From assembly GCA_963457535.1 (NCBI GenBank), contig OY734803.1:163943-227942 (forward strand): a stretch of DNA of 64,000 bases, in the 5' to 3' direction. The notes under the pieces were generated by a model. It saw nothing but the letters and a program-made list of their open reading frames with translations. It had not been told where the DNA came from and ran no database searches. Each line of letters begins with the position of its first letter. Position 1 is the stretch's first letter. The DNA comes from Arenicellales bacterium (GTDB taxonomy: Bacteria; Pseudomonadota; Gammaproteobacteria; Arenicellales; Poriferihabitantaceae). Of this stretch, positions 59,101-64,000 are shown in pieces. Made by a program: the position numbers and the translations under genes.

Positions 59101-60993
59101 TGCTGGCGGTGTTTTTGCCGGCCGGAATGGTGATGCTCGGCGCGGTAAAGGCGGTGTAGTCGGTTCCCGAAACGGCGAGCGAGGCGCTCGGCGAGTTGCT
59201 GAGTTTTGACGCGCCGAAGGCGGTTGCCACCGTGCAGGCCTCGCCCGGCACGATGTCGCCGCCGAGGGTCGCGGTGATTTTCACCTCCTGCGCGCCGCCG
59301 TTTTTGCTGAGCGCGCCGGTAACGCTGAGCGCGGCGCCGCTGGTGGAGACGACATCGGCGTCGGTCAGCGTAATCGCGAGTTCTTCCACCAGCGCCGAAT
59401 AGTCCGAGCCGATGCCGCCGCTCGCGGTGCAATTCAGCGCGTGCGTTCCGCTGGCGACGAATGCCGAGTTGTTGTCGGGGGCGGTTAAAGTCAGCGCCTG
59501 TCCGCGCCGGCGGTTTGCCGAGGTGAATGACAATTTCGCCGGACTCGCGGAAACCGTGGTCTCGCCGAGCGCATTCGGCAACGCCGCGCAACTGACCGAA
59601 ACGCTTTCGCCCGGGTCGCTTTTCAGCGACACGCACACGGTTTTTGCGTTGCCGGCCTCGGCCACCTCCACACTGCTTACCGCGGCGTTGTTGGTCGCCG
59701 GGCAGGCGTTGTTGGAGTCGGGCGCGGTGAAGTTCACGCCGGCCTCGGCGATTTGCAGGAAGGTGTCCTGCCGCTCTTCGGCGGGGAGATTATGAAATTT
59801 ATCTATGTCAGTAGAGGTGGAAAAGGCGATGTTGATGCGCCCACCGTCGCCGGAGGTTTTCGGCGTAATCGCGAATGCCGGGAAGGTGAAATGCTGCAGC
59901 GGCCGGTCCGGGTTGCGGCGGATGCCGTTAATGGCCGGCAGCGCGCCGTCGGTGTCGGTGTTGGCGACCAGCGGATTCACCGGGTCATTGCGCGTTTGCA
60001 GGTCCAGAGTGAGCGCTCCCACATCTTCGGGAAAATGCTCAAAGAAAAATATCGTGATTTCAAACCGCTGCTCGCCGCCGGCCGATTCGCTGATGGTGTA
60101 GCCGTTGCGCGCGGCCTGCAGGCACTCGTCAAAAGTGCCGGGGCGCGCGCCGACCGGGTGAATGCAAAGCGCGCCTTTGATGCCGGATTGGAACGGCAGG
60201 CCGCGCTCCCGGACCGCCGACCAATCGCCGTCGCCGACGGAATTGACCGCCCGAACCTGCGCCCGGTAGAAAGTGCCGGCGGCCAGATTTTCCAGCACAT
60301 ATCTGCGCGCATTCGCGTCCGCGTCAACGCCGCTCGCGCCGCCGGTGTTCAGATAGTTTTCCGGCGAGTTTTTCTCGGCCCAGCGAACTTTGTAGCCGGT
60401 GATTTCGCTGCCGCCGTCGCTCGGCGCGCCCCAGCGCAATACCATGCTGTCTTCGGTGCGCGCGAGCAACTCGGCGGACGGCGCCGACGGTTTTTTTGCC
60501 GCGGCGGTGGTGACTTGCGCGGACACCGCCCAGGCGCTTTGGGAAAAATTTGTGTCTTCCGAGCGAACGCGCGCTTCGTAGGTTGTGCCGCCCGCAAATC
60601 TGCGAACACGACCCATCGCGCGGTATTGCCCGTGTTGGTGTCGGGGAAGAGAAAACCGCGCCCGCCGCCGGCTGTGCCCTTCCGCAGACCGGTGGTAACA
60701 GTGGCGTAAGAGGGCCATGCGTTGCCGGCGGCGCCGGATGCGGTTGGAAATGCCGTTGGCAATTCCCGCAGTTGAACGATGTAATCAATTCGTCCGCTGC
60801 CGCCGGTGGATGCGTTCCAAGTGAAACTCAAGGTGGGACCGGGCGCATCCCCGACTCCCACCAGCGCCAATCCGCCGGGCACGCTCGGCTGCGCATGCGC
60901 GGCGCCCGCGCCAACCAAAAGCGCAAACGCCAATGCGAAAAATTTCCCCGCTCGGCGAGGGGCGAAAACTTCGCTGGTCGTGGTGAATTTCAT
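56162..60993 (-). pseudogene. Giant secreted repeat protein P7 (FN3, Calx-beta-like repeats, dockerin-like C-terminus) interrupted by a frameshift near 60585-60640
   Basis: The signal peptide and first FN3 (MKFTTTSEVFAPRRAGKFFALAFALLVGAGAAHA/QP, GAGGA SD) lie in the frame of ORF 60349-61065. The rest (GGTTYEARVRSED... to ...NIEALVQ) lies in the frame of ORF 56162-60718. The two frames overlap and are offset by one nt. Confidence 0.6.
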
Positions 60994-61113
60994 CGGATTT
61001 CCTCGGTTGGTTTTGCGGCGCGCCGCGCGTTTAATGATAACAAATCCGCCGCAAACGCATTTCATTGCGAATCCGCGCGCGGTTCTGCCGCGCTCGCCGC
61101 CCCGCCGCCGGCG

Positions 61114-61845
61114 TCACTCCGCAAACACCACCGTAATCCGACGGTTCTGTTTCCCCTTGCTCTTGATGCTTTGCACGCGCACCGCGCCGATTTCGCCGGT
61201 TGCGGCGACATGCGTGCCGCCGCAGGGCTGCAAGTCGGCGCCTTCAAATTCCACCAGGCGCACCCGCCCGCCGCCGCTCGGCGGCTGCACCGACATGGTG
61301 CGCACCAGGTCGGGCTGCGCGGCGAGTTCTTGGTCGGTGATCCAGCGCATGCGCATCGGGTGGTTTTCGCTGATGAGACGGTTCAACTCGTCTTCCAGTT
61401 GCTGTTTGTCCGGCGGGTCGGGCAGGTTAAAGTCAATGCGCGCGCTGCCGTCGCGAATCGCGCCGCCGGTGACCGGCGCGGGAATCGCCGCGCACAACAT
61501 GTGCATGCAACTGTGCATGCGCATCAGCCGGTGGCGGCGCTCCCAGTTGATTTTCAAAGTCACTTTTTCGCCGATTTCGGGCGGCGCGGTCTCCTCCGCC
61601 TGGGCCGCGCACAGGTGCAGCAACGCGCCTTCATGTTTGCGCGTGTCGGTGATGGCGATTTCGCCGCCGCCGGCGCGAATCAGCGCGCCGCTGTCGCCGG
61701 GCTGGCCGCCGCCTTCCGGATAAAACACGGTGCGGTCGGTGCAAATCGCATGCCCGTCGGCGTGCGGCGCGACCGACAGCACCTCGGCCTCGCATTCGCG
61801 CAGGTAGCCGTCTTCTCTAAACAATTCAGCAGTTTGCGTGCTCAT
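61114..61845 (-). CDS. AlaX-type alanyl-tRNA editing protein (Thr/Ala-tRNA synthetase second additional domain)
   Basis: It has the zinc and editing motifs HSCMHMLCAA (HxxxH) and LQPCGGTHV. The start is set at MSTQTAELF, overlapping the upstream stop (ATGA). Confidence 0.75.
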   Translation of the reverse strand: MSTQTAELFREDGYLRECEAEVLSVAPHADGHAICTDRTVFYPEGGGQPGDSGALIRAGGGEIAITDTRKHEGALLHLCAAQAEETAPPEIGEKVTLKINWERRHRLMRMHSCMHMLCAAIPAPVTGGAIRDGSARIDFNLPDPPDKQQLEDELNRLISENHPMRMRWITDQELAAQPDLVRTMSVQPPSGGGRVRLVEFEGADLQPCGGTHVAATGEIGAVRVQSIKSKGKQNRRITVVFAE

Positions 61846-62891
61846 GTTGCGCCCTCCCATGAAGTGAAAATGTCGGCCTCGGCGATTCGTCCGGGCGCGC
61901 CGGCGCGGCCGCCGCGGGCGATGGATTCAGCGATGTTGCGCCGCACTTCCTGCGCGACCTGCACCGCCAGCAAGCCGTCCTCGCCGCTGACCAGCGGGCG
62001 GCGGCGGTGGCGGACGCAGTCCGCGAAATGCGCGAGTTCGGCGTTCAGCGGCAATTGCGGCGCGACTTCCACCGGGCGCGCCACCAACGGCGGGAATTTT
62101 TCCCCCGAAGATTTGGGCGCGTTATTCAACTCCCCCGGCGCGATGTGCTCCAACCGCTGGTCGGTGAAATCCAGCGCGAGATAGGCGTCCTGCGAAAACA
62201 CGCGAATCCGCCGGAAGCGGCGGCGCGACACGCGGCTCGCGGTCACATTGGCGACCGCGCCGTTGGCGAATTCCAAACGCGCGTTGGCGATGTCCACATG
62301 CTCGGTGATGACGCGCGCGCCGGCCGCGCGCACTTCGGCGAGATCCGACGGCACCAGCGACAGCGCGATGTCAATGTCGTGAATCATCAAGTCGGCGACC
62401 ACATCCACATCGGTGGCGCGTTCAACGAATGCGCCGAGGCGGTGCACTTCAATAAAACGCGGCGCGCTCGCCAACTCGGCGAGTTTCATCACGCCGGCGT
62501 TGAAGCGTTCCAAGTGGCCGATTTGCAGGATGACGCCGTTGCGCGCGGCCATCGCCACGATAGCGCGGCTTTCTTCAATGCTCGGCGCGATCGGTTTTTC
62601 CAGCATCACATGAATCCCTTTTTCCAATAATGCGCGCGCCACCGGCAGATGAAAACTGGTCGGCACCGCGACGCTCGCCGCGTCGACTTTTCCGGCCAAT
62701 TGCTCCGGCGATTGCAGCGCTTCGCAGTTGTGGCGCGCGGCGATTTCGGCGGCGCGCGCGGCGTTGGCGTCCACCACCGCGACCAATTCCACATCGGGCA
62801 TCGCCGCGTAAATCTTGGCGTGAATCGCGCCGAAGTCGCCGACGCCGGCGACCGCGACTTTCAAAGGTTGGTTTTGTTTTTCTGCGGGCAT
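61842..62891 (-). CDS. Gfo/Idh/MocA family NAD(P)-dependent oxidoreductase
   Basis: It has the N-terminal Rossmann motif KVAVAGVGDFGAIHAKIY and EKP at LEKPIAPS. The start is set at MPAEKQNQ (ATG 62889-62891). Confidence 0.75.
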   Translation of the reverse strand: MPAEKQNQPLKVAVAGVGDFGAIHAKIYAAMPDVELVAVVDANAARAAEIAARHNCEALQSPEQLAGKVDAASVAVPTSFHLPVARALLEKGIHVMLEKPIAPSIEESRAIVAMAARNGVILQIGHLERFNAGVMKLAELASAPRFIEVHRLGAFVERATDVDVVADLMIHDIDIALSLVPSDLAEVRAAGARVITEHVDIANARLEFANGAVANVTASRVSRRRFRRIRVFSQDAYLALDFTDQRLEHIAPGELNNAPKSSGEKFPPLVARPVEVAPQLPLNAELAHFADCVRHRRRPLVSGEDGLLAVQVAQEVRRNIAESIARGGRAGAPGRIAEADIFTSWEGAT

Positions 62892-62940
62892 AAGAAGAAA
62901 CTTACCGCGAAACCGCGCGCGGCGCAATGCGGGGATTAAA

Positions 62941-63090
62941 TTAAACCGCCGCGGCGGTTTTCGCGGAAGTTTTCACCGGAGTTTTCGCGGCGATTTTTCC
63001 GCGGACTTTTTCACGGGCTTTTTCGCCGGCGTTTTTCGCGGCCCTTTTTTCATTAATGTTTTCACTGATGTTTCCGCCGATGTTTTCACC
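62941..63090. repeat. Degenerate 12-13 bp tandem array (T-tract/GC-clamp on the plus strand), the same family as 36421-36540 in inverted orientation
   Basis: T-tracts start at 62958, 62970, 62982, 62994, 63007, 63019, 63032, 63045, 63059, 63071 and 63083. The array lies inside the 3' end of the oxyR ORF. Confidence 0.7.
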
Positions 63091-64000
63091 GCGCAACATC
63101 TCGGCGCAATGCAGCGGGCACGCATGCACGGCGCGGCGCAGCGTTTCCAGCGCGCGCAGGCGCGGATAGCCGCGCCGCCAGGCGAGAATCACATCGCGCC
63201 GCGGACTTTTTCCGGCGAACGGTTTTACCCGCAATAAACGCCCGGAGTGTTCGGCCGCGCCGGCCGCGGTGCACGGCAGCACGGTGATGCCAACGCCGCC
63301 GGCGACCATGTGGCGAATGGTTTCCAGCGAGCCGCCTTCAAAAGTTTTCTGCAGTTCCTCGCCGCTGCCGAGGCAGGCCGGGCATTCTTCCAGCACCTGA
63401 TCGCGAAAACAATGCCCGGGTCCGAGCAGCAAAACAGTCTCGCCGCCGAGGTCGTCGGCGCGCACCGCCGCGCGCCGCGCCCAGGCATGCGCGGCCGGCA
63501 GCACCACCACGAATTCCTCGCGGTACAACGGCGCGATGTCCACGCCGGGTTCGCGAAACGGCAATGACAAAATGACCGCGTCGAGCGCGCCCTGCTTCAG
63601 GCGCACGCGCAAATCGGCGGTGAAGCCCTCCTCCACGATGAGCGGCATGCCGGGGGCGCGCTCGCGCAAAATCGGAATCAGGTGCGGCAGCAAATAGGGG
63701 CCGATGGTGTAGATCACGCCGAGGCGCAGCGGCTCGCGCAGCGCATCGGCATTTTCGCCGCCCCGTCCGCGCCGCGCGATGCGCCCGACTTCGTCTGCCG
63801 CTTCCAAAACAACTTGCGCCTGCGCGACGATTTGTTTGCCGAGCGTGGTCGGCGCGACCCGCCCGGGGCCGCGCTCAAACAGCGCCACGCCGAGTTGGCT
63901 TTCCAGTTTTTTTACCGCGATGCTGAGCGTCGGCTGGCTGACAAAACACGCTTTCGCGGCGCGTCCGAAATGCAGTTCGCGCGCGACCGCGACGATATAG
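62941..64000 (-). CDS. oxyR: LysR-family redox regulator OxyR with an unusual Lys-periodic C-terminal extension (5' end outside the window)
   Basis: The HTH reads YIVAVARELHFGRAAKACFVSQPTLSIAVKKLE at the window edge. The redox cysteine pair GHCFRDQVLEEC has the 9-residue spacing of OxyR C199/C208. The ORF runs about 45 aa beyond the usual OxyR end. Confidence 0.8.
   Translation of the reverse strand, partial: YIVAVARELHFGRAAKACFVSQPTLSIAVKKLESQLGVALFERGPGRVAPTTLGKQIVAQAQVVLEAADEVGRIARRGRGGENADALREPLRLGVIYTIGPYLLPHLIPILRERAPGMPLIVEEGFTADLRVRLKQGALDAVILSLPFREPGVDIAPLYREEFVVVLPAAHAWARRAAVRADDLGGETVLLLGPGHCFRDQVLEECPACLGSGEELQKTFEGGSLETIRHMVAGGVGITVLPCTAAGAAEHSGRLLRVKPFAGKSPRRDVILAWRRGYPRLRALETLRRAVHACPLHCAEMLRGENIGGNISENINEKRAAKNAGEKAREKVRGKIAAKTPVKTSAKTAAAV

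Noticed and set aside
60560-60720. Programmed ribosomal frameshifting as the explanation for the P7 frame change.
   Set aside because: No X XXY YYZ slippery site and no stable downstream structure are visible by eye. A simple indel or sequencing error is more parsimonious, and it is kept only as an alternative in the finding.

Overview
High-G+C bacterial chromosomal segment with Proteobacteria-like gene content. No rRNA, CRISPR array, integrase or transposase is visible. More than half of the window encodes seven paralogous giant secreted multidomain proteins built from FN3, cadherin-like beta-sandwich, He_PIG-type Ig and Calx-beta-like repeats. All seven end in the same dockerin-like double EF-hand module. 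They are arranged as three mosaic tandem copies (7998-25185), a translationally coupled pair (26953-36341) and two singletons (45451-47721, and 56162-60993, which is frameshifted). Each tandem copy carries a small divergent ORF and a conserved terminator-promoter module. Housekeeping genes are a GlnA-family synthetase, RidA, DUF1028, tRNA-Ser(GGA), pdxH, ssb, an MFS transporter, uvrA, a tupABC-like transporter, mobA, an AlaX-like editing protein, a Gfo/Idh/MocA oxidoreductase and oxyR. One long minus-strand cluster (36605-44490) contains two different Rieske-fused enzymes and a 2Fe-2S ferredoxin. Three visibly lower-G+C inserts are the best candidates for accessory or undescribed systems. The first (5454-7563) is a compact four-gene cassette of winged-helix proteins whose last member carries an HKD-less PLD-fold-like domain. 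The second (895-2888) pairs a DNA methyltransferase with an HhH-GPD/[4Fe-4S] glycosylase-like protein. The third (25788-26841) is an SDH-type Clp-fold serine protease plus a small ORF. All functional calls come from motif recognition by eye; no database search was run.
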